Assembly: GCA_001873585.1 (NCBI GenBank)
Contig: MNZL01000176.1
Location: 1-42,921 of the forward strand
Direction of reading: 5' to 3'
DNA: 42,921 nt
Source: Rhodobacterales bacterium CG2_30_65_12
GTDB taxonomy: Bacteria; Pseudomonadota; Alphaproteobacteria; Rhodobacterales; Rhodobacteraceae
The position numbers and the translations under genes were made by a program. Below are positions 9,297-19,358 of the stretch, one piece after another (the first letter of the stretch is position 1; the number at the start of each line of letters is the position of its first letter). The notes beneath the pieces are model-generated. The model was given only the letters and a program-made list of their open reading frames with translations. It was not told the origin of the DNA and searched no databases.

Positions 9297-10550
9297 TCAG
9301 TCGGAAAAGCTGCGGCCCTCGCCTAGCGCCGACATATCGGTGCCGAGCGCTTTGGCGACGGTAAAGATATCCTTGTCGCCCCGACCGCAGAGATTCATCA
9401 CGATGAGATGGTCGCGCGGCAGCTCTGGGGCGATCTTCATCACATGGGCAAGCGCGTGGCTGGGCTCCAGCGCGGGGATGATTCCCTCCGTCTCGCACAA
9501 CATCTGGAACGCCGCGAGCGCCTCGCGGTCGGTGATCGCCACATATTCGGCTCGGCCTACATCGTGCAGCCAGGAATGCTCGGGGCCGATTCCGGGGTAA
9601 TCGAGTCCGGCCGAGATCGAATAGCCTTCAAGAATCTGGCCGTCGTCGTCTTGCAGCAGGTAGGTGCGGTTGCCGTGCAGCACCCCGGGGCGCCCACCAG
9701 TGAGCGAGGCGCAATGCTCCATCTTTGCGGTCACGCCCTTGCCGCCGGCTTCGACGCCGATAATCGCCACATCCTTGTCGTCGAGGAAAGGATAGAACAG
9801 CCCCATCGCATTCGAGCCGCCGCCGATCGCGGCCACCAGCGTGTCGGGCAGCCGGCCCTCGGCGCTGAGAATCTGTTCGCGCGTTTCCTTGCCGATGATC
9901 GACTGAAAATCGCGCACCATCGCCGGATAGGGATGCGGGCCCGCCACCGTGCCGATGCAATAGAAGGTATCGCGCACGTTGGTCACCCAATCGCGCAACG
10001 CATCGTTCATCGCGTCCTTGAGCGTGCCGCGCCCGGAAGTCACCGGCACCACGTCGGCCCCCAACAGTTTCATCCGGAAAACGTTGGGCGCTTGCCGCTC
10101 AACGTCATGCGCGCCCATGTAGACCACGCATTTGAGCCCGAACTTGGCGCAGACGGTGGCGGTGGCCACGCCATGCTGGCCGGCACCGGTTTCGGCGATG
10201 ATCCGGGTTTTCCCCATCCGGCGGGCGAGAATGATCTGGCCGAGCACGTTGTTGATCTTGTGCGCGCCGGTATGATTTAGCTCATCGCGCTTGAGGTAGA
10301 CCTTGGCACCGCCGAGCCGCTCGGTCAGCCGTTCGGCGTGGTAAAGCGGGCTGGGACGGCCGACGTAATTCGTCCACAGATCGTCCATCTCGGCCCAGAA
10401 CCCGGGATCGGTCTTGGCGCGCTCGTATTCCGCCTCGAGCTCAAGGATGAGCGGCATCAGCGTTTCGGAGACGAACCGCCCGCCGTAAATGCCGAACCGG
10501 CCCTTTTCGTCGGGGCCCTTCATGAAGGAATTGAACAGATCGTCGGCCAT
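9297..10550 (-). CDS. trpB: tryptophan synthase beta chain
   Basis: MADDLFNSF...; [15 protein letters not shown] (PLP lysine), [33 protein letters not shown]. Confidence 0.98.
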   Translation of the reverse strand: MADDLFNSFMKGPDEKGRFGIYGGRFVSETLMPLILELEAEYERAKTDPGFWAEMDDLWTNYVGRPSPLYHAERLTERLGGAKVYLKRDELNHTGAHKINNVLGQIILARRMGKTRIIAETGAGQHGVATATVCAKFGLKCVVYMGAHDVERQAPNVFRMKLLGADVVPVTSGRGTLKDAMNDALRDWVTNVRDTFYCIGTVAGPHPYPAMVRDFQSIIGKETREQILSAEGRLPDTLVAAIGGGSNAMGLFYPFLDDKDVAIIGVEAGGKGVTAKMEHCASLTGGRPGVLHGNRTYLLQDDDGQILEGYSISAGLDYPGIGPEHSWLHDVGRAEYVAITDREALAAFQMLCETEGIIPALEPSHALAHVMKIAPELPRDHLIVMNLCGRGDKDIFTVAKALGTDMSALGEGRSFSD

Positions 10551-10665
10551 GGTTCCCGCTCCGCGTTGCCTTGCTCTGTCGTAAAGGTTGGAACGCGGCG
10601 GGACAAGAGAGCGAACGCGGGGCGCGGTTGGTAAACGCCACCGAAACTGCGCCCCGGCACCAGCA

Positions 10666-10920
10666 TCAATGTGTGGCGATGAAGCCGGTCGACCAAACTC
10701 GCTGAATCGCTGCGCGGTTGCAGAAAACAACGAATTGCCGTCCGTTTTCCACCACCTGATAGCCGCGCCGCTCCACCTCGCGCAGAAAAACCTCGCGGCC
10801 AACGTGCGATTCAACATCTTCGACCGAGTGCTGGATCACACCGCCCTCCCGGGCCGGACCAGAGCCAAACAGCCGGGTCAGCCAACTCTCGGCCGTTCGA
10901 CGATCTGCATGCGTTCCCAT
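10666..10920 (-). CDS. small hypothetical protein between trpF and trpB
   Basis: [15 protein letters not shown]...DVE.HVGRE.FL.EV.RRGY..VENG.QFVVFCN resembles a small Rhodobacteraceae family from memory; GGGAG RBS. Confidence 0.75.
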   Translation of the reverse strand: MGTHADRRTAESWLTRLFGSGPAREGGVIQHSVEDVESHVGREVFLREVERRGYQVVENGRQFVVFCNRAAIQRVWSTGFIATH

Positions 10921-10972
10921 GTCCTGTCTCCCACGAGCGACTGGCGGATGGACTCAACGTGGCACAGATCCG

Positions 10973-10988
10973 TTACAGCAAACTTAAC
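10973..10988. promoter_or_regulatory. putative CtrA binding site
   Basis: TTAC-AGCAAAC-TTAAC versus consensus TTAA-N7-TTAAC (1 mismatch), upstream of the 10666..10920 ORF. Confidence 0.55.
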
Positions 10989-11015
10989 GACCGCGCACGC
11001 AGCGGTGATCTCGTT

Positions 11016-11660
11016 TTACCGAGCGTGCTGCACTGCGGCCATGAAATCCGCGATCATGCCCGCGTCCTTGGCCCCCGGCGCACGTTCCACCCCCGATGAC
11101 ACATCCACCTGCCGCGCCCCGGTGAGCCGGATCGCAAGCCCAACGTTTTTTGCCGTGAGCCCGCCCGCGAGCATCCACGGCCGCTGCCAGTGCCGCCCGG
11201 CGATCAGCCGCCAATCGAACGGCACACCCGTGCCGCCGGGCAGATCGGCCCCTTTCGGCGGCTTGGCGTCAATCAGGATCTGGTCAGCCACGATCTCGTA
11301 GGCCTCGATCCTGTCGATGTCAGCGGCGTCGGAAATCCCGACCGCCTTCATCACCGGCAGGCCAGTGCGGGCGCGGATCTCGGCCACCCGCGCGGGGCTT
11401 TCGTCGCCATGAAGCTGGAGCATATCGACCGGCATTTGCACGGTGATCTCGTCGAGCGCCGCATCGTCGGGGTTTACCACCAGCGCCACTTTGGCCAGCC
11501 CCGGCGGCACCGCGCGCGCGAGTGCCGTGGCGGCTTCGAGCGATACGTTGCGGGGGCTCTTGGCAAAGAACACGAAGCCGAGATAGCGCGCACCGGCCTC
11601 GACCGCCCAGCGCACCTGATCGGGGCTGGACAGGCCGCAGATCTTTACCTGAACAGACAT
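11016..11660 (-). CDS. trpF: phosphoribosylanthranilate isomerase
   Basis: [43 protein letters not shown]. Confidence 0.97.
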   Translation of the reverse strand: MSVQVKICGLSSPDQVRWAVEAGARYLGFVFFAKSPRNVSLEAATALARAVPPGLAKVALVVNPDDAALDEITVQMPVDMLQLHGDESPARVAEIRARTGLPVMKAVGISDAADIDRIEAYEIVADQILIDAKPPKGADLPGGTGVPFDWRLIAGRHWQRPWMLAGGLTAKNVGLAIRLTGARQVDVSSGVERAPGAKDAGMIADFMAAVQHAR

Positions 11661-11669
11661 CTGCCGGGT

Positions 11670-12020
11670 CTAGCGCCCGTCGTCGAGCAGCGCCAGAACG
11701 TCGTCGTCGGGGCTGGCATTTTTCTGTTTGAGGCTCTGCACTTCCTCACTGAGCTTGACCGCCGCGCGTTCCGCCCGCTTGCCCTTGGCGCGCTGCTTGT
11801 GCTCGCGCAGCCATTCCCACACGAAGCCGATCATCACCCCGGCGACAATGCCGCCGAAAATGACGATAAACAGCGGCACGCTCACCGCCCAACTGAAACC
11901 GAGAAAGCCCGAAAGCCCCGCCGGCAACAGGTGCAGCGTTACAAAATCACGGTTGGCAAGCGCCACGGTGACAAGGACAACCGCAAGCGCGGCCAGGAAG
12001 CCATAGCGGACATACCGCAT
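11670..12020 (-). CDS. lapA: LapA family (DUF1049) membrane protein
   Basis: Two TM segments, ANR and EWLREHK motifs, coiled tail; position downstream of ihfB. Confidence 0.8.
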   Translation of the reverse strand: MRYVRYGFLAALAVVLVTVALANRDFVTLHLLPAGLSGFLGFSWAVSVPLFIVIFGGIVAGVMIGFVWEWLREHKQRAKGKRAERAAVKLSEEVQSLKQKNASPDDDVLALLDDGR

Positions 12021-12032
12021 CGGGTGCGCCTC

Positions 12033-12314
12033 CTATTTGCCGTTCAGACGGTCGCGCAGGTATTTACCCGTCTTGAAGAAAGGCACATGTTTCTCTTCCA
12101 CGCTGACCGCCGCACCGGTGCGCGGGTTACGCCCCACACGGGGATCACGTTTCTTGACCGAAAACGCACCGAAGCCGCGCAGCTCAACCCTGTCGCCACG
12201 CGCCATCGCCTCGATGATCTCTTCGAAGATGGTGTTCACGATGCGCTCGACATCGCGCTGGTAGAGATGCGGATTTTCATCCGCGATCTTCTGGATCAGT
12301 TCCGACCGGATCAT
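12033..12314 (-). CDS. ihfB: integration host factor subunit beta
   Basis: [10 protein letters not shown]...[13 protein letters not shown]...GRNPRTG...VPFFKTGK. Confidence 0.97.
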   Translation of the reverse strand: MIRSELIQKIADENPHLYQRDVERIVNTIFEEIIEAMARGDRVELRGFGAFSVKKRDPRVGRNPRTGAAVSVEEKHVPFFKTGKYLRDRLNGK

Positions 12315-12371
12315 CCAACGTCCCCCCGAAAGACTGCCGAGGCGCCAACAGGCACAGCGCCCCTCACACCG

Positions 12372-12400
12372 ACTATAGGAGCAAACGCGGGCTCGGGAAA
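12372..12400 (-). promoter_or_regulatory. putative sigma70 promoter of ihfB
   Basis: TTTCCC-N17-TATAGT on the - strand. Confidence 0.45.
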
Positions 12401-12556
12401 CAGCGTCGGCACAGGCGAGAGCACGAAATCGGCGCGAAACCGCACGATTTTTTACCATAAATCCCGCCGCTTAGGCCTTTGCCCCCCGTCAGCGCGGCCG
12501 CCGATGACCAATGCGCTCGGACTCTGGCACCCGATTCGCGCAGGCATGGCAAAGCC

Positions 12557-12592
12557 AAAACGAAAAACGGCCCCGGAGATCCGGGGCCGTTT
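12557..12592 (-). terminator. Rho-independent terminator after rpsA
   Basis: AAACGGCCCCGGA/TCCGGGGCCGTTT inverted repeat continuing TTCGTTTT on the - strand. Confidence 0.8.
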
Positions 12593-12619
12593 GAGATCGA
12601 TTCGTCGCAGCGCTGGGGC

Positions 12620-14299
12620 TTACTTGTCGCCCTTGAGCGCGGCGCCGAGAATGTCGCCGAGCGAGGCGCCCGAGTCGGACGAGCCGTATTGTTGCACGGC
12701 TTCCTTCTCTTCGGCGATCTCGCGGGCCTTGATCGAAAGGCCGAGTCGGTGAGATTTTGCATCGACGTTGGTCACGCGCACATCAACGTGGTCGCCAACC
12801 TGGAAGCGCTCGGGGCGCTGCTCGGCGCGGTCACGCGACAGATCGGAGCGGCGGATAAAGGATTTCATCCCTTCGTAGTCCACCTCGATGCCGCCATCCT
12901 CGATCGCGGTCACGGTCACGGTGATGATTGCACCGCGTTTGACGCCACCCACGGCCTCGGCAAACTTGTCGCCGCCGAGCGCCTTGATCGAGAGCGAGAT
13001 ACGCTCCTTCTCGGTATCGACTTCCGACACCACCGCCTGAACGGTATCGCCCTTGCGGTAGGTCTGGATAGCTTCCTCGCCGCGCTGATCCCAGCTCAGG
13101 TCGGACAGGTGCACCATGCCGTCGATATCGCCCTCGAGGCCGATGAACAGCCCGAATTCGGTGATGTTCTTCACCTCGCCTTCAACCTCGGTGCCTTCCG
13201 GGTGGGTCTCGGCAAAGACTTCCCACGGATTGCGCATTGTCTGTTTCAGGCCGAGCGAAACACGGCGCTTGGCGGCGTCGATCTCCAGCACCATCACGTC
13301 CACCTCCTGCGAGGTCGACACGATCTTGCCGGGGTGCACGTTCTTCTTGGTCCAGCTCATTTCCGAGACGTGCACCAGGCCTTCCACACCGGGCTCCAGC
13401 TCCACGAAGGCGCCGTAATCGGTAATGTTGGTCACGCGGCCCTTGTGCACCGAATTGAGCGGGTAGCGGGCGGCCACCAGATCCCAAGGATCGTCCTGCA
13501 GCTGTTTCAGGCCGAGGCTGATGCGATGGGTTTCGCGGTTGATCTTGATCACCTGCACCTTGATCGTTTCGCCGATCGAGACGATCTCGGAGGGGTGGTT
13601 GACACGGCGCCAGGCCATGTCGGTCACGTGCAGGAGGCCGTCAACGCCGCCGAGATCGACAAAGGCGCCATATTCGGTGATGTTCTTGACCACACCGTCA
13701 ATATTCTGGCCCTCGGTGAGGTTGCCGATCACCTCGGCGCGCTGCTCGGCGCGGCTTTCTTCGAGAATCGCGCGGCGCGAGACCACGATATTGCCCCGGC
13801 GACGGTCCATCTTGAGAATCTGGAACGGCTGCTTGAGGCCCATCAGCGGGCCGGCATCGCGCACCGGGCGCACATCGACCTGGCTGCCGGGCAGGAAGGC
13901 CACGGCACCGCCAAGATCGACGGTGAAGCCGCCCTTGACGCGGCCAAAGATCGCGCCTTCGACGCGGGCGTCGTCCGCGTAGGCTTTTTCGAGCCGGTCC
14001 CAGGCTTCTTCGCGGCGGGCCATCTCGCGGCTGATAACAGCTTCGCCACGGGCATTCTCGGCGGCGCGCAGGTAAACTTCCACCTCGTCACCGACGGAGA
14101 TGTCGGGCGCTTCGCCGGGATTTGCGAATTCCTTGATGTCGACGCGGCCTTCCATCTTGTAGCCGACGTCGATAATGGCTTGGCCCGCCTCGATGGCGAT
14201 CACCTTGCCCTTGACGACAGTGCCCTCATCGGGCGTGTCCATTTCGAAGCTTTCGTTGAGGAGGGCTTCGAAGTCCTCCATCGTCGCTTTAGCGCACAT
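12620..14299 (-). CDS. rpsA: 30S ribosomal protein S1
   Basis: 559 aa with six S1 domains (GAFVDLGGVDGLLHVTD, GAFVELEPGVEGLVHVSE, ...); C-terminal SLGDILGAAL. Confidence 0.98.
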   Translation of the reverse strand: MCAKATMEDFEALLNESFEMDTPDEGTVVKGKVIAIEAGQAIIDVGYKMEGRVDIKEFANPGEAPDISVGDEVEVYLRAAENARGEAVISREMARREEAWDRLEKAYADDARVEGAIFGRVKGGFTVDLGGAVAFLPGSQVDVRPVRDAGPLMGLKQPFQILKMDRRRGNIVVSRRAILEESRAEQRAEVIGNLTEGQNIDGVVKNITEYGAFVDLGGVDGLLHVTDMAWRRVNHPSEIVSIGETIKVQVIKINRETHRISLGLKQLQDDPWDLVAARYPLNSVHKGRVTNITDYGAFVELEPGVEGLVHVSEMSWTKKNVHPGKIVSTSQEVDVMVLEIDAAKRRVSLGLKQTMRNPWEVFAETHPEGTEVEGEVKNITEFGLFIGLEGDIDGMVHLSDLSWDQRGEEAIQTYRKGDTVQAVVSEVDTEKERISLSIKALGGDKFAEAVGGVKRGAIITVTVTAIEDGGIEVDYEGMKSFIRRSDLSRDRAEQRPERFQVGDHVDVRVTNVDAKSHRLGLSIKAREIAEEKEAVQQYGSSDSGASLGDILGAALKGDK

Positions 14300-14459
14300 G
14301 CGGTCTCTGGTTCCTTTACGTTGTCTTTCCGGCCTGGCGGTTGTCTCCGCCGGTCTTTCATCGCGTTGCCGACAGGGATCCGCAAAACCAAAGAGGGCCG
14401 GATGTCCGACCCTGCTCGCTCTCTTGTCTCACGGCGTTGTTATCCTGCCTTGGCGCGGG

Positions 14460-14488
14460 GCTATACGGGCTTTCGGCCAACAAGGCAA
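14460..14488 (-). promoter_or_regulatory. putative sigma70 promoter of rpsA
   Basis: TTGCCT-N17-TATAGC on the - strand, about 160 nt upstream of the ATG. Confidence 0.55.
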
Positions 14489-14763
14489 GGGGGTGCCGGG
14501 CTGTCAACGTCTGATCGGTTCAGCATTTTGCGCGGGTGTTTGCCCACACCCGGCGCGCGGCATCTTGGCTTCAACGAGGGCGGGTGGCGCATCGCCCCGC
14601 GCCATGACACATATCGCATCATGCAACGATCCTGCCGCGTAACGCCGCTCAGTCCGGCACGGCCCGTCCGGTTTTCCGGTGAACCTCATGCCAACACCCT
14701 GTTTTGGCGAGCCGTTTTTCATCTGCATTCAAGCCCAAGGCGCACCGGCGGGCCACCCCCGGC

Positions 14764-15834
14764 TCAGGCGTGGGGCGAGGACAGGATCGCCGCTTCCGCC
14801 CGGTTGAGCGCACGGCGCGCGTGATCGCCATAGGCCATCGGGTCTTCGCCCAACTCCGGCATCAGCCCCACCAGCCGCGCGCGCTGCGCCGCGTCGACGC
14901 TGGCCAGCGCCTCGCCCGCCGGGTGGAAGCTCTCCGTCTCCAGGCCATTGGCAAACACCACCTCGTGGTGCGGCAACAACAGGTGAACGTAGAGCACCGA
15001 GGTCAGCGTGAGATCGCGCACCACGGTGCGGTCGTTCACCAGGTCGCGCGCGGCCACCAGCACCTCGTCGGTGTTGAACAGCGCGCGCGCCTTCGCACCT
15101 TTCACCAGCAGCCGATGGGCGGGGGAAACCACGAGATCGTCATCGGGCCGATCCTGCCCCAGCGCACCCGCGCGCAGCCGGATCGGGCGCAGTTCCGGCA
15201 TCGCGTAGAGCCGCGCGCCGGTGATGCGCTTCTCGCCCTTCCAGAGCACCTCCTGGATCCCGTTATCCTTGGTCTGGATGCGGTCGCCCTCGGCGATATT
15301 TTCCACCGCCACGTCGCCGCGCTCGGTGCGGATGCGGGTGCCGGGGGTAAAGCAGATCACCCCGGTCGGCTGCTCGCTCAGGCGGTTGACCTCGGCCACC
15401 TCCATTTGTGCCCGCACCACCCAGAGATCGGTATTGGCTGGCGGCACAGCGCCGATGAACAGCAGGAGAGGTGGCTGGCTCGCGCCCAGATCGACCAGCG
15501 TCACGGTGTAGGCGCGAAACCCGTCTGTCACGTCAAAGCCGCGCTGCAGCAGCGGATCGCCAAAATCCGGCCCCCGCCCCACGCCGGTGCGCGACGGCGC
15601 GATCAGCCGCCCGAGCATCTTGCCAACCTTGCGCGCCACCCGCGCGCGCACCTCTGCCTCTCCTTCCGCGCCGGTGAGGGCGAGCACATGCTGCGGACCG
15701 TCGATCCGCACCGCTTCGCCGCTCCAGCGCCAGCCCGAGCCGACGCCGAGCGCACCACGCGGTGCGGCCTCAAGCCCGTCAATCTCGGTCTGTGTCCATG
15801 AGATGACAAACGTGCCCTGAGAGCCCGTTATCAT
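14764..15834 (-). CDS. Hint-domain (bacterial intein-like, Hint_2) protein
   Basis: VIC/FTPGTRIRT..G...VE....GD..., LVVSPAHRLL, YVHLLLPHHEVVFANGLETESFHP; N-terminal GTFVISW.QTEIDG domain. Confidence 0.9.
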   Translation of the reverse strand: MITGSQGTFVISWTQTEIDGLEAAPRGALGVGSGWRWSGEAVRIDGPQHVLALTGAEGEAEVRARVARKVGKMLGRLIAPSRTGVGRGPDFGDPLLQRGFDVTDGFRAYTVTLVDLGASQPPLLLFIGAVPPANTDLWVVRAQMEVAEVNRLSEQPTGVICFTPGTRIRTERGDVAVENIAEGDRIQTKDNGIQEVLWKGEKRITGARLYAMPELRPIRLRAGALGQDRPDDDLVVSPAHRLLVKGAKARALFNTDEVLVAARDLVNDRTVVRDLTLTSVLYVHLLLPHHEVVFANGLETESFHPAGEALASVDAAQRARLVGLMPELGEDPMAYGDHARRALNRAEAAILSSPHA

Positions 15835-15862
15835 GCCTGTTTGCCTGCCGTTTTGTTTTTTA

Positions 15863-15878
15863 TTACCGAAACATTAAC
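15863..15878. promoter_or_regulatory. putative CtrA binding site
   Basis: TTAC-CGAAACA-TTAAC versus consensus TTAA-N7-TTAAC, in an AT-rich patch upstream of the Hint gene. Confidence 0.55.
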
Positions 15879-15938
15879 ACGGGCATTGCCGCTTGTTAAG
15901 AATTTTGTCCGCCGCCGCGACGGGGCGCCGCCGCCCGA

Positions 15939-16868
15939 TCAGAACCGCATCCGAAACTGAAGCGATCCCACCACCTGCCCGCTTTTTTGCCCCGCGAATT
16001 CCGGCCCGAGCCAGGTCGCCCCATAGAAAGCGCCCACCCGTTCGCCTTGCCAGCTCAGCCCCGCGCGCACCCGGTTGCGCAGCGGCGAGAGCGTGGAGCC
16101 GCCCGAAGCCGGCAACCAGGCCGAGCGCCACACCTTCGCGGTGTCGGCGCCGAGCAAAACCGAGAGCCCCGGTGCGGGCACCTGCGTCATCGTCTGGTAG
16201 ACAAGGCCGGTCGTCTCGTCTCGGGCCAGAACGCCGGAGTTGAAGTTCGGCCCGATCAGCAGATCGACCCCGGCGCGCAGATAGGTTTCGTCGCCCGCAC
16301 GGCCCTGCACGAAGGGGCGCAGCATCGCCCCCGAAGCGCCGCCAAAACCAAGCGCGATCGGCCGCGCCGCCTCGAAGGCGAGCACCGGGTAGAGCGCGTT
16401 GCCGATCTGCGCCGCGCGCACCGCCGCCGAAGGAACGGTGATGCCGAGGGCATCGTGCACGTCGGTCTGAAACCCCGCGAGCCCGGTGGCGGGGCCGGCC
16501 ACCACCACCTCGCCGCCTGCAGTTACCTCGAAACCGCCACTGGCAAAATGGGTAAAGGCGCCGAGCGCCAGGATCCCCCCATAATGCCGATCGCCGGGCG
16601 CGGGTGTGGCGAGGTCTTCGGGGGCAATGATCCGGCTCGAAAACCGGTATTCCATCAGCTCACCGAAGCCCTCGGGCAGGCTTGCCGTGCCTTGCGCGCC
16701 ACGCATCCAGCTCGCCACATACGAGCCGGTTTGCCAGCGGTCGTGCCCGTCACCGAGCGCGTCGTTTGTAAACAGCCGGCCAAACCCGAGCGTTATCCGC
16801 TCCTGAGCGCCCGCGGGCGCGGCCAAAGCAGCAAGGGCGATGAGACTCGCGAAAAGGGCATTGCGCAT
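15939..16868 (-). CDS. LpxR family (DUF2219) outer-membrane protein, putative lipid A deacylase
   Basis: Signal peptide MRNALFASLIALAALAAPAGA; TNDALGDGHDRWQTGS, PGDRHYGG, WLGPEFAGQ; C-terminal Phe typical of beta-barrels. Confidence 0.75.
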   Translation of the reverse strand: MRNALFASLIALAALAAPAGAQERITLGFGRLFTNDALGDGHDRWQTGSYVASWMRGAQGTASLPEGFGELMEYRFSSRIIAPEDLATPAPGDRHYGGILALGAFTHFASGGFEVTAGGEVVVAGPATGLAGFQTDVHDALGITVPSAAVRAAQIGNALYPVLAFEAARPIALGFGGASGAMLRPFVQGRAGDETYLRAGVDLLIGPNFNSGVLARDETTGLVYQTMTQVPAPGLSVLLGADTAKVWRSAWLPASGGSTLSPLRNRVRAGLSWQGERVGAFYGATWLGPEFAGQKSGQVVGSLQFRMRF

Positions 16869-17012
16869 GTTTTGTCCAAGTCTATGCCCCCACGGCTCGG
16901 CCACTCTACACACACTTGTGCGATTCGGACAATTGCAGCCGGGCAACAGTTCGCCCCTTTATTACCCGCGTCGACGGGCCGGCGGGGGCCCGCAGCACAA
17001 GTTGCAGACCGT

Positions 17013-19265
17013 TCAGCCGCACTTGGAATGGCCGCAGGCGGCGCAAGTCATGCAGCCTTCGACCATGCGCATCTCGTATTGGCCACAATGCGGGCAGGCC
17101 GGTCCACGGCGCTGGCCGAGGTTGACCACCTGCGCCTGCGGGTCGGACTTGAGCCCCATGCCCTCGCCCGCGAGAAAACCGGTGGCCACCATGTGCCGCT
17201 CGATCACCCCGCCGATGGCGGCGAGGATCGAGGGCACGTATTTGCCACCGATCCAGGCCCCGCCGCGCGGATCGAACACCGCCTTGAGCTCTTCGACCAC
17301 GAAGCTCACATCGCCGCCACGCCGGAACACCGCCGAGATCATCCGGGTGAGCGCCACCGTCCAGGCGAAATGTTCCATGTTTTTCGAGTTGATGAACACC
17401 TCGAATGGGCGGCGGTGGCCGTTCACGATCAGGTCGTTCACGGTAATGTAGATCGCGTGCTCGCTCTCGGGCCACTTCAGCTTGTAGGTGGTGCCGTCGA
17501 GCGTTTGCGGCCGGTCGAGCGGCTCCGACATGTAGATCACGTCCGCCCCCTTGTCGGCCTCGGGCGCGTCTTCGCTCGCCTCGCTCACGCTCAAAACCGA
17601 GCCCGTCACATCGTTCGGCCGGTAAGTGGTGCACCCCTTGCAGCCGGTGGCATAGGCCTCGCCATACACATCCTTGAACGCCTCGAAGCTGATATCTGCA
17701 GGCACGTTGATCGTCTTGGAAATCGAGCTGTCGACCCATTTCTGCGCTGCGGCCTGCATCTTCACGTGATCGGCGGGCGCAAGGGTCTGGGCGTTCACGA
17801 AATACTCCGGCAGGGGCGCCGCGCCAAACTTGTCGCGCCAGAGCTGCACGGCGTAATCCACCACCTCTTCTTCAGTGCGGCTGCCATCTTTCTGCAGCAC
17901 CTTGCGGGAGTAGGCATAGGCAAACACCGGCTCGATCCCGCTTGAGACGTTGCCAGCGTAAAGGCTGATCGTGCCGGTCGGGGCAATGCTCGTCAGCAGC
18001 GCGTTGCGGATGCCATGCGCACGGATTGCTTTGCGCACATCATCGTCCATGTGGGCGAGCGTGCCGGAGGCAAGGTAGGCCTCGGCATCAAACAGCGGGA
18101 AGGGGCCCTTTTCCTTCGCCAGGTCAACGCTGGCAAGGTAGGCCTCGCGGGCGATGAGGTGCATCCAGGCCTCGGTCTGGGCCGCCGCCGCATCGGAGCC
18201 GTAGCGCTGGCCGACCATCAAGAGCGCATCCGCCAGCCCGGTGACGCCAAGCCCGATCCGCCGCTTCGCCTGCGCCTCCTGACGCTGCGCCTCCAGCGGG
18301 AAGCGGCTTTCGTCCACCACGTTGTCCATCATCCGCACGGCGGTGCGCACGAGCCGGGCCAGCGCTGCCTCGTCCAGCGCGGCGGCGGCCTCGAACGGGT
18401 CCGCCACAAGGCGCGCAAGATTGATCGAGCCGAGCAGGCAGGCGCCATAGGGCGGCAACGGCTGCTCGCCGCAGGGATTCGTCGCCGCGATCGTTTCGCA
18501 GTAGGCGAGATTGTTCATCGCGTTGATCCGGTCGATGAAGATCACCCCCGGCTCGGCGTAATCGTAAGTCGCCTGCATGATCCGGTTCCACAGATCGCGC
18601 GCCTCCACGGTGTGATACACCGTGCCGTCAAAGATGAGATCCCAGCTCGCATCGGCCTCGACAGCGGCCATGAACGCATCCGTCACCAGCACGCTCATGT
18701 TGAACATGCGCAGGCGCGCCGGGTCGGATTTGGCGGCGATGAAATCCTCGATATCGGGATGGTCGCAGCGCATCGTGGCCATCATCGCGCCGCGCCGCGA
18801 CCCGGCCGACATGATGGTGCGGCACATCGCATCCCACACATCCATGAAGCTCAGCGGCCCCGAGGCATCCGCCGCCACGCCCTTCACGTCGGCCCCCTTC
18901 GGCCGGATGGTAGAGAAATCGTAGCCGATCCCGCCGCCCTGCTGCATCGTCAGCGCCGCCTCGCGCAGCTGCTCGAAAATGCCCGACATCGAATCGGGGA
19001 TCGTGCCCATCACGAAACAGTTGAACAGGGTGACATTGCGCGCGGTGCCGGCCCCGGCGATGATCCGCCCGGCGGGGAGAAACCGGAAATCCTCGAGCGC
19101 TTGGTAAAAGTCCTCCTCGCGCTGCGGCTCGTTTTCCGCCAGCGCCCGGGCGATTCGCCGCCAGGTATCCTCGACCGATTTGTCGATCGGCGTGCCGTCC
19201 GCCTGTTTGAACCGGTATTTCATATCCCAGATCGACTGGGCGATGGGGGCGGCGAAACGGGTCAT
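17013..19265 (-). CDS. nrdJ: adenosylcobalamin-dependent ribonucleotide reductase (class II) with C-terminal TSCPD/zinc ribbon
   Basis: TLFNCFV, RRGAMM, TNPCGEQPL (thiyl Cys), IAPTGTISL, SSGIEP, SISKTIN, KGCTTYR; C-terminal CPHC...CAAC. Confidence 0.95.
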   Translation of the reverse strand: MTRFAAPIAQSIWDMKYRFKQADGTPIDKSVEDTWRRIARALAENEPQREEDFYQALEDFRFLPAGRIIAGAGTARNVTLFNCFVMGTIPDSMSGIFEQLREAALTMQQGGGIGYDFSTIRPKGADVKGVAADASGPLSFMDVWDAMCRTIMSAGSRRGAMMATMRCDHPDIEDFIAAKSDPARLRMFNMSVLVTDAFMAAVEADASWDLIFDGTVYHTVEARDLWNRIMQATYDYAEPGVIFIDRINAMNNLAYCETIAATNPCGEQPLPPYGACLLGSINLARLVADPFEAAAALDEAALARLVRTAVRMMDNVVDESRFPLEAQRQEAQAKRRIGLGVTGLADALLMVGQRYGSDAAAAQTEAWMHLIAREAYLASVDLAKEKGPFPLFDAEAYLASGTLAHMDDDVRKAIRAHGIRNALLTSIAPTGTISLYAGNVSSGIEPVFAYAYSRKVLQKDGSRTEEEVVDYAVQLWRDKFGAAPLPEYFVNAQTLAPADHVKMQAAAQKWVDSSISKTINVPADISFEAFKDVYGEAYATGCKGCTTYRPNDVTGSVLSVSEASEDAPEADKGADVIYMSEPLDRPQTLDGTTYKLKWPESEHAIYITVNDLIVNGHRRPFEVFINSKNMEHFAWTVALTRMISAVFRRGGDVSFVVEELKAVFDPRGGAWIGGKYVPSILAAIGGVIERHMVATGFLAGEGMGLKSDPQAQVVNLGQRRGPACPHCGQYEMRMVEGCMTCAACGHSKCG

Positions 19266-19332
19266 GTCGCGGGATCCTGAATGTTTTTGATGTCTGTGCC
19301 CGGTTGCGGCGGGGGGCGAGGCACTCATATAA

Positions 19333-19348
19333 CCACAAGACCTTGGGG
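19333..19348. promoter_or_regulatory. putative NrdR box
   Basis: Imperfect 16-bp palindrome CCACAAGACCTTGGGG resembling aCaCwAtATaTwGtG, 68 nt upstream of nrdJ. Confidence 0.45.
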
Positions 19349-19358
19349 GTGTCGACGC

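Noticed and set aside
9297-11660. trpA absent after trpF-trpB
   Set aside because: Split trp clusters are common in this group; trpA is likely outside the window
14500-14760. Short ORFs between the Hint gene and the rpsA promoter
   Set aside because: No recognisable protein motifs; treated as intergenic
12479-14824. 781-aa ORF on the + strand
   Set aside because: Antisense shadow of rpsA; no recognisable motifs; expected in high-GC coding DNA
19266-19358. Cobalamin riboswitch upstream of B12-dependent nrdJ
   Set aside because: The spacer is only 93 bp and lacks B12-box motifs
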